Origin: Myxococcota bacterium | Lineage (GTDB): Bacteria; Myxococcota_A; UBA796; GCA-2862545 | Direction of reading: 5' to 3' | Assembly (NCBI GenBank): GCA_039208735.1 | Contig: JBCCQY010000160.1 | Coordinates: 1 to 21,945, forward strand | DNA: 21,945 nucleotides | Shown here: positions 1 through 8,730 of the stretch, piece after piece | How the letters are laid out: every line of letters starts with the position of its first letter | Position numbering within the stretch: the stretch's first letter is position 1 | Made by a program: the position numbers and the translations under genes | The notes under the pieces: generated by a model | Databases searched by the model: none | The model's input: the letters and a program-made list of their open reading frames with translations, nothing else | Told to the model about the DNA's origin: nothing

Positions 1-1
1 C

Positions 2-1654
2 GCCCTGACCCACGAGGATTGGGGCGAAGCGCTCGACCACGCGCTGGCGGCCTGGAGAGTCAGCCGGCACCCGAAGCTCGCCCTCCTCGTCCGCGAGATC
101 TCAAAGCGCGCCGGCGCCAGCTTCAAGCCGCCCTACGCTCGCACCAGCAAAGCCTTCGAAAAGGCGTGGCTGCGTCTCGCCGACTCCGATGCCTCGGCCG
201 TCGCGACGGGTTGGTTGGCCGAAACCTTCGGTAAGAAGCTGCTTGATGCGTTCAACCCCTTCTGGCAGCGGTTGGACCGCCTTCGCCGACGTCCGCATGA
301 TCCGCGTATCGCCGCCGCGGCGACGGAAGCGCTCCGACAAGGAAAGTACGGCGGAGCCAATCGCGAGGACTCGCGCCGGATTTACGCCCCCATGCTGGAT
401 CTGATCCGCGACACCCAAGACGCCTCGCTCGCCGAGTCCCTGGGCCGCATTGGTGCCGCGCCGCGGTCCCGAAGAGCGAGCACCCGGCGCTTTCTGTCAG
501 ACCAGCTCCCCCCACTGGCCGAGGAACTTCGGGCATTGCAGCCTCGAACCAAAATCGATGACACCGTGATCACGACCGTCGTCGATCAATGGCTCAAACG
601 TGGGTCGGTTGCCCGCGGCACCACGGACAGCGCTTCGATGCTCGAGTATGTGCTTGCAAACCCTCACGATGAAGATGCAAGGGCCATTCTCGGCGATGCC
701 TGGCTGACCGAGGAGTCCCCTCGGGGTCAGCTCGTGGCCCTCGAACGCCGTGGCTGCCGACCCCACGATCGAGCCTGGAAGCGGCTCATGCGGGCGCACC
801 TTCGGGCATGGGTGGGCGATGACATCGCCTCGATCCTCGCCAATCCAAAGTTTCGGGGTGGACTGCTCGAGGAAGCAGCATTGCGACCAACCAGCTCGGC
901 CTCCCAGGAAACCTGGCAAAGGGCCGCTGTGGATGACCGATTCGCGACCTTGCGCCGGTTCTGGATCGGTCGGGGCAGCCACACCTGGTATGCGAGACTG
1001 CTCGGAGCACCCGTCTTGCGGGATTTGCGTCACGTCGAGTTGCGAACCGAAACCCTGGTTCAGACCTTGCTGGCAGGTCCCCCTCGGTCCTATGAGATGC
1101 TCCACTTTCGGTACGACCCGCCGGTGGCACGTCTGCAAGAACTCGGGGTCGCCTTTCCTTCCGTGACGGGGCTTGGCGTTCCGCATGCCACGACGCGAGA
1201 AGACCTGCTCGACCGCGCCGAAGCTGCCGGATGGCGAAACCGGTTGACGGAAATCGCCTTCGAGGACGTACCGGCTTACGAAGGCGTCGTGCTCGAATCC
1301 TGGATTAGTACGCCGCGCGTCTACCCCATCTTGCCTTACCTCGATTGGTTCATCGAGCACTTCCCTGCTTTGCGACGCCTCGAGGTCTCACGCGACAGCT
1401 ACCACCACGCCATCTCGGTGGCCTACGTTCGCAAGGAAGCTGGCTGGATCCTTGAACTTTGCTGCGACCCATGGGCAACCCACCACCGCCAAAGCATCTA
1501 CGACGGGCGAACTTGGTTCACCTTCGAACCAGGGCAACCCGACTTCTTTCGGCTTCCCCAACGCGTGTGCGCGGTGCGCGCCGACCGATCTCCGAATGAC
1601 GCATTCCTCGTTGCCCTCGAAAAGGCGTGGGGCGTTCCCGTGAGTTCGTTTTGA
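2..1654 (+). CDS. TIGR02996-like (repeat-companion) domain protein, 5'-truncated by the window edge
   Basis: The frame of ORF 215..1654 stays open back to base 2 (ALTHEDWGEALDHALAAWRVSRHPKLA...), so the true start lies outside the window. It contains MLEYVLANPHDEDARAILGDAWLTEESPRGQLVALE (~638-745), resembling the TIGR02996 pattern LLxAIxAxPDDDxxRLVYADWLxExGDPRGEFIxLQ. The degenerate leucine-rich C-terminal half is typical of that family. Confidence 0.65.
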   Translation, partial: ALTHEDWGEALDHALAAWRVSRHPKLALLVREISKRAGASFKPPYARTSKAFEKAWLRLADSDASAVATGWLAETFGKKLLDAFNPFWQRLDRLRRRPHDPRIAAAATEALRQGKYGGANREDSRRIYAPMLDLIRDTQDASLAESLGRIGAAPRSRRASTRRFLSDQLPPLAEELRALQPRTKIDDTVITTVVDQWLKRGSVARGTTDSASMLEYVLANPHDEDARAILGDAWLTEESPRGQLVALERRGCRPHDRAWKRLMRAHLRAWVGDDIASILANPKFRGGLLEEAALRPTSSASQETWQRAAVDDRFATLRRFWIGRGSHTWYARLLGAPVLRDLRHVELRTETLVQTLLAGPPRSYEMLHFRYDPPVARLQELGVAFPSVTGLGVPHATTREDLLDRAEAAGWRNRLTEIAFEDVPAYEGVVLESWISTPRVYPILPYLDWFIEHFPALRRLEVSRDSYHHAISVAYVRKEAGWILELCCDPWATHHRQSIYDGRTWFTFEPGQPDFFRLPQRVCAVRADRSPNDAFLVALEKAWGVPVSSF

Positions 1655-1660
1655 GCCACC

Positions 1661-2722
1661 ATGAGCGCTAGCATCACCCAGCGAATCGCAGGCTTGGAAG
1701 ACCTGATCGCCTTTTTGCAAACCGATCCATCCCCAAAAGAGGTGTTGGATCGAACGGTTGGTCTGGCCGACCAAGGCCTCCAAATCCGCGTAGCCGGCAC
1801 CCTCCCGATCATTGTGTTTGATGTAGAACGGGCTTGTGTACGTCAGGGCCCCGATCTAGGACGTTCGAAACGGCTGTACCGTCTCTTTCGAACCATCGCG
1901 ATCGATGGGCCACGGCTCGATGGACCAGGCCTGGTGGCCGCCGAGTGGCAGCGTTCCTTTGATGCCGATGGACGAAATGCGCTCCGGGTGGCGATTTCAC
2001 GTCTGCGGAATCGGCTTGACGACCTGGCGCTGCACACGCGGCCCGACGGTGGGTACGAACTTCGCCCGCAACCCTGGGTCGTGGACGTCACTCCGCTCCC
2101 AAGGCCGTCACCGTGCCGACTGGAACCGTTGTTTGGTCGTCGGGACTTGCTCGACCATCTCGGTCTCGAACGGCCCATCACCGTGACAGGAGCACCGGGT
2201 TCGGGGCGCCATCGCCTCGTGGCGGCACTCCTTGGCCGTGGGGCCATCGACGCAGCGGTCGGCCCTCGCGCCCGTGGCCTCCCCGCAGAACAGGTCGTGC
2301 GACTTGGCGGGTTGCTCCCGGACGCGGCCACGGCACTGGTGCGCTGGCGGGCCCCTCAACTGGGCCAGCGTTCGGTCGAGCCCCTTCTCAGCGTGGGCAA
2401 TGGGCTGCCGTTGGCCCTGGGCCTCGTGGCTGACCGAGCGGCCGAGGAAGGGGTGCAGGCGACCGCCGATGCTCTGCGGAAGGCACGACTCGACGATGTG
2501 GTGACCTGGGCGCTGGCCAAGCTCGACACGTCCGAGCATCAGGCGCTCCGCAAGGCCGCCGAGCGCGGTAGGGCAGGCATTGCTCCCGTCGCGTTAGGGC
2601 TCGCCCTGGCCGAACGATTGTGGGGGTTGGGGCTTGTCGACCGCATGGCGCCACCGCAAGCCCCTCGCAGCGTTCAGCTCACGGTACACGACGTCATTCG
2701 GCGACACATCGCCGTTCGATGA
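1661..2722 (+). CDS. Winged-helix regulator with degenerate NB-ARC/STAND-like remnant
   Basis: OmpR/SARP-like wHTH (NALRVAISRLRNRL...GGYEL), then LFGR...ITVTGAPGSGRH (Walker A with K replaced by R) and GLPLAL. No Walker B and no TPRs. Starts 6 nt after the upstream stop. Confidence 0.7.
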   Translation: MSASITQRIAGLEDLIAFLQTDPSPKEVLDRTVGLADQGLQIRVAGTLPIIVFDVERACVRQGPDLGRSKRLYRLFRTIAIDGPRLDGPGLVAAEWQRSFDADGRNALRVAISRLRNRLDDLALHTRPDGGYELRPQPWVVDVTPLPRPSPCRLEPLFGRRDLLDHLGLERPITVTGAPGSGRHRLVAALLGRGAIDAAVGPRARGLPAEQVVRLGGLLPDAATALVRWRAPQLGQRSVEPLLSVGNGLPLALGLVADRAAEEGVQATADALRKARLDDVVTWALAKLDTSEHQALRKAAERGRAGIAPVALGLALAERLWGLGLVDRMAPPQAPRSVQLTVHDVIRRHIAVR

Positions 2723-5700
2723 GGGCACGAAAGACCTGCGATGCAATGCGGAGGGTGACCATCTTCGCGGACCGTCCCAGGGCCTCCAGTTCCTCCAGGG
2801 CTTTGACCATTCGATCGGCACGGCGGGGAGCACGCGCCGCCTCCAAATGACACCGCGCCATTTGAAGGAAGGCGGTTTCCCACCGCTGGGAAGCCTCGGT
2901 AGAGCGACGCTCGATCCTTTCCAATCGCTGAGCTACCTCGTCGTAGGCTCCGTCCCAAGCACGAACCGACCAAAGGTAGACCGCTCCCCGGTCACGAAGC
3001 GCACGATCAAGTCCCTTCACCCATTCGTCGAGCGTCTCCTCGAGGGTCGCCGCACCAAGCGCCTCTTGACCCGCCAACAATTGTCCCACCCCTCGCAGCT
3101 GACGCTCATGCAGGCGAAACGCTCGGTGGCCGACCCGTTCGAAGCATCCCTTCGCCCGGTCCATCTCGCCAAACGCCGACTCGGGGTTTCCCTCATCAAG
3201 GTGCATTTGAGCCAGCGACAGGTGGGCCAATCCCCGGGAGTCGGGGGGCGTCTGGGGGTCCTGTATGACCGTTGAAAGCAGCTCGCGAGCTTGTGAATAT
3301 CGCGCATGTGACACCAGCAGGGAGCCCAGCGAAGCGCGACAACTCCGAAGACCCGCCAAATCGCCAGTCTGCTCCCGGATGGCCACCCCGCGCCGCGCGA
3401 TGCGGATGGCCTCGTCGGAATACCCCTGGCGATTTCGATAGATCGCGAGCTTCATCATCATGACGGATTCGTGATGCCGAAGTCCGATTTGTCGGAAGAG
3501 CAGCAGCGCCCGGTCGGCCAACGCAACGGCTTCATCCAAGCGCCCGGCTTCGTAGAACACGCTGGATGCGTTGGTCGCAAAGAGCCCTTCGGACTCGCGA
3601 GCATCGACGGCCCTGAATTGTTCAAGGCTTTGGTGGTAGGCCTCCATGGCCGCTTCGAGTCGCCCGCACCGTTTGTGTTCATGCGCTACAAAGGCCTTCA
3701 ACAACGCATGTGAGTACGGGGCCGTCACCCCCTCGAGGAGGTCTTCCGCCTGCTGAAGAATGGGTCTGGCGTCCTCGGGAGGCTTGTAGAGCAAGAGCGT
3801 GTAACCCAGCACAGACAGATTCTGGCCGTGGAGTTCCCGATGGCCAAGTCGCGAAGCGTGTTCGATGGCTTCCCGCATGTACGAAAGCCCGGCATCGACT
3901 TCACCGAGTTCAAGCATGGACTGCCCAAGCGCCATGCGTGCCCGACAAGCGGGCTCTCCGCCGAGCCCAGAATCGACAATGGCGTGGGCCATGGCCAACC
4001 GATCCTGGGTATTGGGAATCGCTCGGCGCCCTGAAAGCAGCAGCATCGCTGCGTGGGCCGCCGATGGCTCCGGCGGGCGCGCATGCAACCTCTCGGCAAT
4101 CGCCAACAGGTTGGCCCGTTCTGCCCATCGCCATTGGTTCGCCACCCATTGCGAATCCCCAGCTTCGAGCGACTTACCTCGACGAACGAAGTACTCGGCG
4201 TGGCGCTGGATCAGGGCAGCGTCGTCACCGCGTTGACGTGCCGCAAAGTCCAGGATGGTTTGGAAGAAGGTGTACCGATCGTCGACGTGCTGCAGCCACG
4301 CGTACGCCACCAAGGCGTCCAGCACATCTCCCAGCCACGTCTCTTGCGCGACCTCCACAATCGCTTGCGCCGCGTCTTCGGTGAATCCGCCACGAAACAC
4401 CGAGACTTGCGCCATGACCGACCGCTCCTCCTGCCCAAGCAGGTCCCAAGACCACTGCAACGCCGCGTCCATCGTGGCGTGGCGCTCGGGAGATGGATCC
4501 CGACGACGTAGTTGCAGCACCGTCGTGGTGTGCTGAACGAGTTCCGGCAGGGTGAGGAGGGCCGCCCGAGCGGCCACGAGTTCGATGGCCAGGGGCAACC
4601 GGTCGACGGCATCGACGATGGTCCCCATCGCATCGCGGGGTTCCTCAAGGTCGACGTTGGAGCGGCTCGTTTGGGCACGGTCGATGAATAGATCGATCGC
4701 TTCAACCCGGTCGAGCGGCGGAACCTCGATCGCATGCTCCTCTTCAACCTCCAGGCGCCATCGCGAGGTCACGACGAATTGCAACGCGTTCGCAGGCTGA
4801 GCGGCGAGGAGGACCTCTACCAGCGCTTGGACGGAAGCCAACACGTGCTCCGCGTTATCGAGCACGACCAAGGTGGGTCCCCGCATCGCGACGCGTTTCG
4901 CAAACGCTTCGGAGCCCCCAGGGTCGTTCACCCCAAGGGCTTGAGCGACCAGGTTCAGCACGGGCTCCGACCGCGTGAGATCGACGAAATGGGCCCCGTC
5001 GGGCCACCGGTCGTCCGGTTCGCGGAACACCTCGACCGCCAGACGACTCTTGCCCACGCCTCCTGGTCCAGTGAGCGTGACGAGCCGAACTCCGGCGTGC
5101 AACGCTTCCCGAAGGCGACGGCGAAGGTGGTAACGCCCGATAAAGCGGCGCTCGGTCGGCATCTGCAGCCCGCTCCCAGTGGCCTTCGGGGACGGGTGGT
5201 ACGCCACCATCGCGTGTGCGCCCGCCAGCACGTAGCCGCCGTGGGGTCCACGCTCCAATTGAGGTCCGCCCTCGGCGAGCCGGGCTCGCAATCGCGTGAT
5301 GGCGACATGCAGCGTGTTCGCCGACGTATCGAGCCACTTGAGTCCCCAAACGCGCTCGTACAGGGCCTCGGGTGCGAGATCAGGAGTCGCAGCGATGGTG
5401 GACAACAATCGGAACAGAAGCTGTGACCGACCAAAGTCCGTGCAGGGCTGACCGTCCCGTCGGAGCACCCGGTGCGGACCGTGCAACACCCACGCAGGCG
5501 ACGGACCTGACCGTAAGACCTTGATTCCCACGCGACGTCGGGCATGCTGGATCCAGACCCCGGCGAGCCGACGGTGGCCCATTGGCCAGGGCCTCAACGT
5601 GGCGTCATGCGCCGCACCGGACGTCCCTTCGTGAGCCACTGCGGCCGCAAGCCCTAGGGGCTCCAACAGCCGCGTCTGCATTTGGGCGGGGGGCAGCTCC

Positions 5701-6083
5701 GAGCCAAGGAGGGCCCCCAGGGCTTGGCGATGCTGCGCCAGATCGGCGCGTTCGAACGGGGGCAACCGGGCGAGTTCCGCCGACGCGCCAATGGGGTCTC
5801 CCACGGCGAGCCGGGCATGCGCCATCCACAAGCCCAATTCGGTGCGTTCCTCTCCTTCCGCCTCTTCGATCGCTTGGGCCAGCGTTTCTCGTGGGTCGTC
5901 ACCTGCACAAAGGGCCGCGATGGCGGCTTGCACCTCGAGGCGCCGGATCAACCAGGGATCCGCCGAGCGCAGCACCGCCGCACGAGCCGCGTCGATCATC
6001 TGTCGCGCATCACGCTCTTCCCCTCGTTCGAGGGCCGCCTTCACCCACGCGAGCGCGCGCCGTCCTTGCTGGACCGCATCCAC
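2694..6083 (-). CDS. STAND-family ATPase transcriptional regulator (helical N-terminus, wHTH, NB-ARC-like ATPase, TPR repeats), ~1129 aa
   Basis: wHTH NTLHVAITRLRARL...GGYVL; FIGR; Walker A TGPGGVGKS; Walker B LVVLDNAEH; VTSR; DRLPLAIELVAAR; LQWSWDLL; C-terminal TPR-like helices. Start re-assigned to in-frame GTG at 6083 behind GGGGAGAG, because the 6887 start of the ORF track overlaps two real plus-strand genes. Confidence 0.85.
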   Translation of the reverse strand: MDAVQQGRRALAWVKAALERGEERDARQMIDAARAAVLRSADPWLIRRLEVQAAIAALCAGDDPRETLAQAIEEAEGEERTELGLWMAHARLAVGDPIGASAELARLPPFERADLAQHRQALGALLGSELPPAQMQTRLLEPLGLAAAVAHEGTSGAAHDATLRPWPMGHRRLAGVWIQHARRRVGIKVLRSGPSPAWVLHGPHRVLRRDGQPCTDFGRSQLLFRLLSTIAATPDLAPEALYERVWGLKWLDTSANTLHVAITRLRARLAEGGPQLERGPHGGYVLAGAHAMVAYHPSPKATGSGLQMPTERRFIGRYHLRRRLREALHAGVRLVTLTGPGGVGKSRLAVEVFREPDDRWPDGAHFVDLTRSEPVLNLVAQALGVNDPGGSEAFAKRVAMRGPTLVVLDNAEHVLASVQALVEVLLAAQPANALQFVVTSRWRLEVEEEHAIEVPPLDRVEAIDLFIDRAQTSRSNVDLEEPRDAMGTIVDAVDRLPLAIELVAARAALLTLPELVQHTTTVLQLRRRDPSPERHATMDAALQWSWDLLGQEERSVMAQVSVFRGGFTEDAAQAIVEVAQETWLGDVLDALVAYAWLQHVDDRYTFFQTILDFAARQRGDDAALIQRHAEYFVRRGKSLEAGDSQWVANQWRWAERANLLAIAERLHARPPEPSAAHAAMLLLSGRRAIPNTQDRLAMAHAIVDSGLGGEPACRARMALGQSMLELGEVDAGLSYMREAIEHASRLGHRELHGQNLSVLGYTLLLYKPPEDARPILQQAEDLLEGVTAPYSHALLKAFVAHEHKRCGRLEAAMEAYHQSLEQFRAVDARESEGLFATNASSVFYEAGRLDEAVALADRALLLFRQIGLRHHESVMMMKLAIYRNRQGYSDEAIRIARRGVAIREQTGDLAGLRSCRASLGSLLVSHARYSQARELLSTVIQDPQTPPDSRGLAHLSLAQMHLDEGNPESAFGEMDRAKGCFERVGHRAFRLHERQLRGVGQLLAGQEALGAATLEETLDEWVKGLDRALRDRGAVYLWSVRAWDGAYDEVAQRLERIERRSTEASQRWETAFLQMARCHLEAARAPRRADRMVKALEELEALGRSAKMVTLRIASQVFRALIERRCVAE

Positions 6084-6176
6084 CGTTCTCTCCCCGCACG
6101 GCCCATCTATCCGTAAGCGAATGGTAAGTGGACCGGCCCCGGCTCCCGCGCGATCCTGCGTCGCGGCGAGGGGAAT

Positions 6177-6608
6177 GTGAATCAGCGAGTTTGGATCACA
6201 CTTTTGGCGTTGGGCTGCACGGTTCCTTGCGACGAGGTCGCACCGCTCGACGTGCAGTTGTCCTCGAGTGACGCCGACGGCTCCCTCTTGACGGCCGACC
6301 CTCGGCCCGCGTTTGGCCCGCAGGGCGGCCAACACCTTTGGCTTGCGGTCACCGTAGGCCGACTCGGCCCCGCTCCGCGCGCCCTCCGGGTGGCGCTTGA
6401 GGCCGTGGACGACACCGAGACCGTCGGCGGGTTCGAGCGCGACATCGACGATCCGCGACAGCCGGGCAGCCGTGGATCGACCGTCCTTGGCCCGCTGAGG
6501 CTCATCGTTGCCTCCTGGACACCAAACGCGCCGCGACGGGTGTGGGCCCAGGTCGACGACGACTGTGGCGCCTCGGGCACCGTTTCCTGGTCCTTCGACC
6601 AACCCTAG
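6177..6608 (+). CDS. Putative lipoprotein of unknown function
   Basis: GTG start after GAGGGGA. Signal peptide with lipobox LLALGC, a GPQGGQHLW motif and a second Cys near the C-terminus. Divergent from the STAND gene. Confidence 0.65.
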   Translation: MNQRVWITLLALGCTVPCDEVAPLDVQLSSSDADGSLLTADPRPAFGPQGGQHLWLAVTVGRLGPAPRALRVALEAVDDTETVGGFERDIDDPRQPGSRGSTVLGPLRLIVASWTPNAPRRVWAQVDDDCGASGTVSWSFDQP

Positions 6609-6615
6609 GAGTCCC

Positions 6616-7284
6616 ATGCTCTTCGCCATGTGGTTTGCGTTTGGATGTGCCGACGAGGCCTTCCTTCCCGAATACGGCCTGTTCCTCGCCGACGGAGAGT
6701 ACGACCCACTCGACGCGAGTGTTGTGCCCCCCACGTTCGATGCCTTCTTCACGGACCGCCTGGGTTGGTCGACCGATGACATCGACGCCGTCCGCAGTGA
6801 CGCAAAAGCCCACATGGCCAAGCGATACGGCATCGACGTGGACGGGCTCGTGGCGGAGGGCCGGATGCAGTGGCTCGAGCTGCACATCGATCCTCGTGCG
6901 AACTATCGAGCCTACGCCCTTCCGGGCTACGCCATCGGACCCGAAGGATGGACGATCCATGAGATCACGCTTTCAGCGATCGCCATCGATCCGAAGGGCA
7001 TCGAACTCGGCGGGCCTTACGCAGGCGCCCGCTTCGGTCCCGGCCCGGTTGGGGCCTACGGCTACTACCAGGTCGAGCCCGACGACAACGACCTCGACCC
7101 TCTGGTGATTCAGTACCAGACCAACGGGTTGATGGGAACCTCCTTCGATGGCCGCAACCTACTGTTTTGCGAGATGACCAGCGACGCCCTCGGTACGGGG
7201 CTTGGGCATGTGACATCCGAGATCCGGCAGCTCGACAACGGCCGTTTGAGCTACGATTTCACGAACGCTCAGCGCTGGGACTGA
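6616..7284 (+). CDS. Putative lipoprotein of unknown function, 222 aa
   Basis: ATG at 6616 preceded by AGGAG (6607-6611), 7 nt after the upstream stop. N-terminus MLFAMWFAFGC (lipobox-like). Acidic globular sequence with GC3-rich codons. Confidence 0.7.
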   Translation: MLFAMWFAFGCADEAFLPEYGLFLADGEYDPLDASVVPPTFDAFFTDRLGWSTDDIDAVRSDAKAHMAKRYGIDVDGLVAEGRMQWLELHIDPRANYRAYALPGYAIGPEGWTIHEITLSAIAIDPKGIELGGPYAGARFGPGPVGAYGYYQVEPDDNDLDPLVIQYQTNGLMGTSFDGRNLLFCEMTSDALGTGLGHVTSEIRQLDNGRLSYDFTNAQRWD

Positions 7285-7371
7285 CCTCGCCGGCTTCCTG
7301 GCGTGCGAAGTAAACGTTTGCACGCACCTCCGCGTCCATGGTGTAGACGTTGAGACGCAGGAGGTCCCTAC

Positions 7372-8730
7372 GTGCTGTTACTCGCCCTCACTACGGCGCT
7401 CGCCGAGGATCCGTTTGCCACCGAGGCGCAGGTTCACGTCCTCGACAATGGCCTGACGGTGTTGCTGCATGCCGATGACCGAACCGACACCATTGCCCTT
7501 CACCTCACCTATGGCGTAGGCTCAAGGGACGAGCGGCCCGGGGAATTTGGCTGCGCCCACCTTTTCGAACACCTGATGTTCGAGGGCTCCGCCAATGTGC
7601 CGCGCGACATGTTCGATACGTGGCTCACGGCCGGTGGCGGCGAGAACAACGCGTGGACGTCCAACGACGAAACCACCTACCACATGACATTTCCATCGAA
7701 TGCACTGGATCTAGCGCTCTTCCTAGAATCGGATCGTATGGGATTCCTCAACGCGGGGCTCACCGAAGAAAACCTGACCAACCAGCAGAAGGTCGTCCTT
7801 CAGGAGCGAGCCGAATACTACAGTTCCCCCAACGGCCGCGACGACGATGCACTGGGCCGGCTGCTGTATCCGGTGGGCCACGGGTACCACTCGCCCATCA
7901 TCGGTACGGTCGCCGACATCAAGGCCCTAAAGGTTCAGCGCATCGCCGACTTCTGGATGCGCCACTACCGACCTCGCAACGCGGTGTTGGCGCTGGTGGG
8001 CAACCTCGATGAAGGCGAAGCGTTGGCGAAGGTCCGACAGTGGTTCGGTGACGTGCCCGACCGTGGTGCACCCGAGCCTCGGGCCGAGCCAGACCTCGTC
8101 AACGGAGGTGGGGTTCCCGAGCTTCAGACGCCGATTCAACGGGGCAAGCTTGTCAGCAAAGTCGAAGAGCGGACGCTGTATCTCGCTTGGTCCACGGTGC
8201 CCCACGGGCACCCCGACGAGCCTGCGCTCGACCTGCTTTCGTGGATCTTGGATGGCGGTCAGGGAACCCGGCTTGCCGACCGTCTTTACTGGAAGAGCAA
8301 GCTGACCAACGACATGTTGGTCACCACGAACAATGGCGACCTTAGCGGTCAGTTCATGATCTCAGCGACGTCGCCGCGCACGAAGCCCGTCAAGCTCGAA
8401 GCCGTGTCCCTTAAGGTGCTTCGGCAGATGATGGCCATGCCTCCCACGCCCGAGGAACTGAATCGAGCACGCCAACAGCAACGGTCCGCCGTGCTCGACA
8501 GCTTAGAAGCCTTCGACTCGCGGGCCGAGGCGATGGTCGATTGCTACCGATCCACCGGACAACCGAACTGCCTGGCGGCCGACTGGGCTCGCTACGAGGC
8601 GGTGACCTCCGACGACGTGGTTCGCGTGATTGGAACCTGGCTCGATCCCAACCGCATGCACGTCCTCGCCGTGGTGCCGACCGACGACAACTCTCTCGCC
8701 GCCGACCTTCCGACCGTGGAGCTGCCATGA
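7372..8730 (+). CDS. M16 (pitrilysin/insulinase) zinc peptidase, catalytic subunit, exported
   Basis: LDNGLTV, VGSRDE, inverted zinc motif HLFEH, NAWTSNDETTY, LESDRMG and downstream VVLQER (third ligand Glu). RBS AGGAGG. Short signal peptide ending ALA. Confidence 0.93.
   Translation: MLLLALTTALAEDPFATEAQVHVLDNGLTVLLHADDRTDTIALHLTYGVGSRDERPGEFGCAHLFEHLMFEGSANVPRDMFDTWLTAGGGENNAWTSNDETTYHMTFPSNALDLALFLESDRMGFLNAGLTEENLTNQQKVVLQERAEYYSSPNGRDDDALGRLLYPVGHGYHSPIIGTVADIKALKVQRIADFWMRHYRPRNAVLALVGNLDEGEALAKVRQWFGDVPDRGAPEPRAEPDLVNGGGVPELQTPIQRGKLVSKVEERTLYLAWSTVPHGHPDEPALDLLSWILDGGQGTRLADRLYWKSKLTNDMLVTTNNGDLSGQFMISATSPRTKPVKLEAVSLKVLRQMMAMPPTPEELNRARQQQRSAVLDSLEAFDSRAEAMVDCYRSTGQPNCLAADWARYEAVTSDDVVRVIGTWLDPNRMHVLAVVPTDDNSLAADLPTVELP

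Noticed and set aside
6084..6887. N-terminal 268-aa extension of the 1397-aa ORF
   Set aside because: Antisense shadow of two plus-strand lipoprotein genes. A GTG with RBS at 6083 gives a sensible start.
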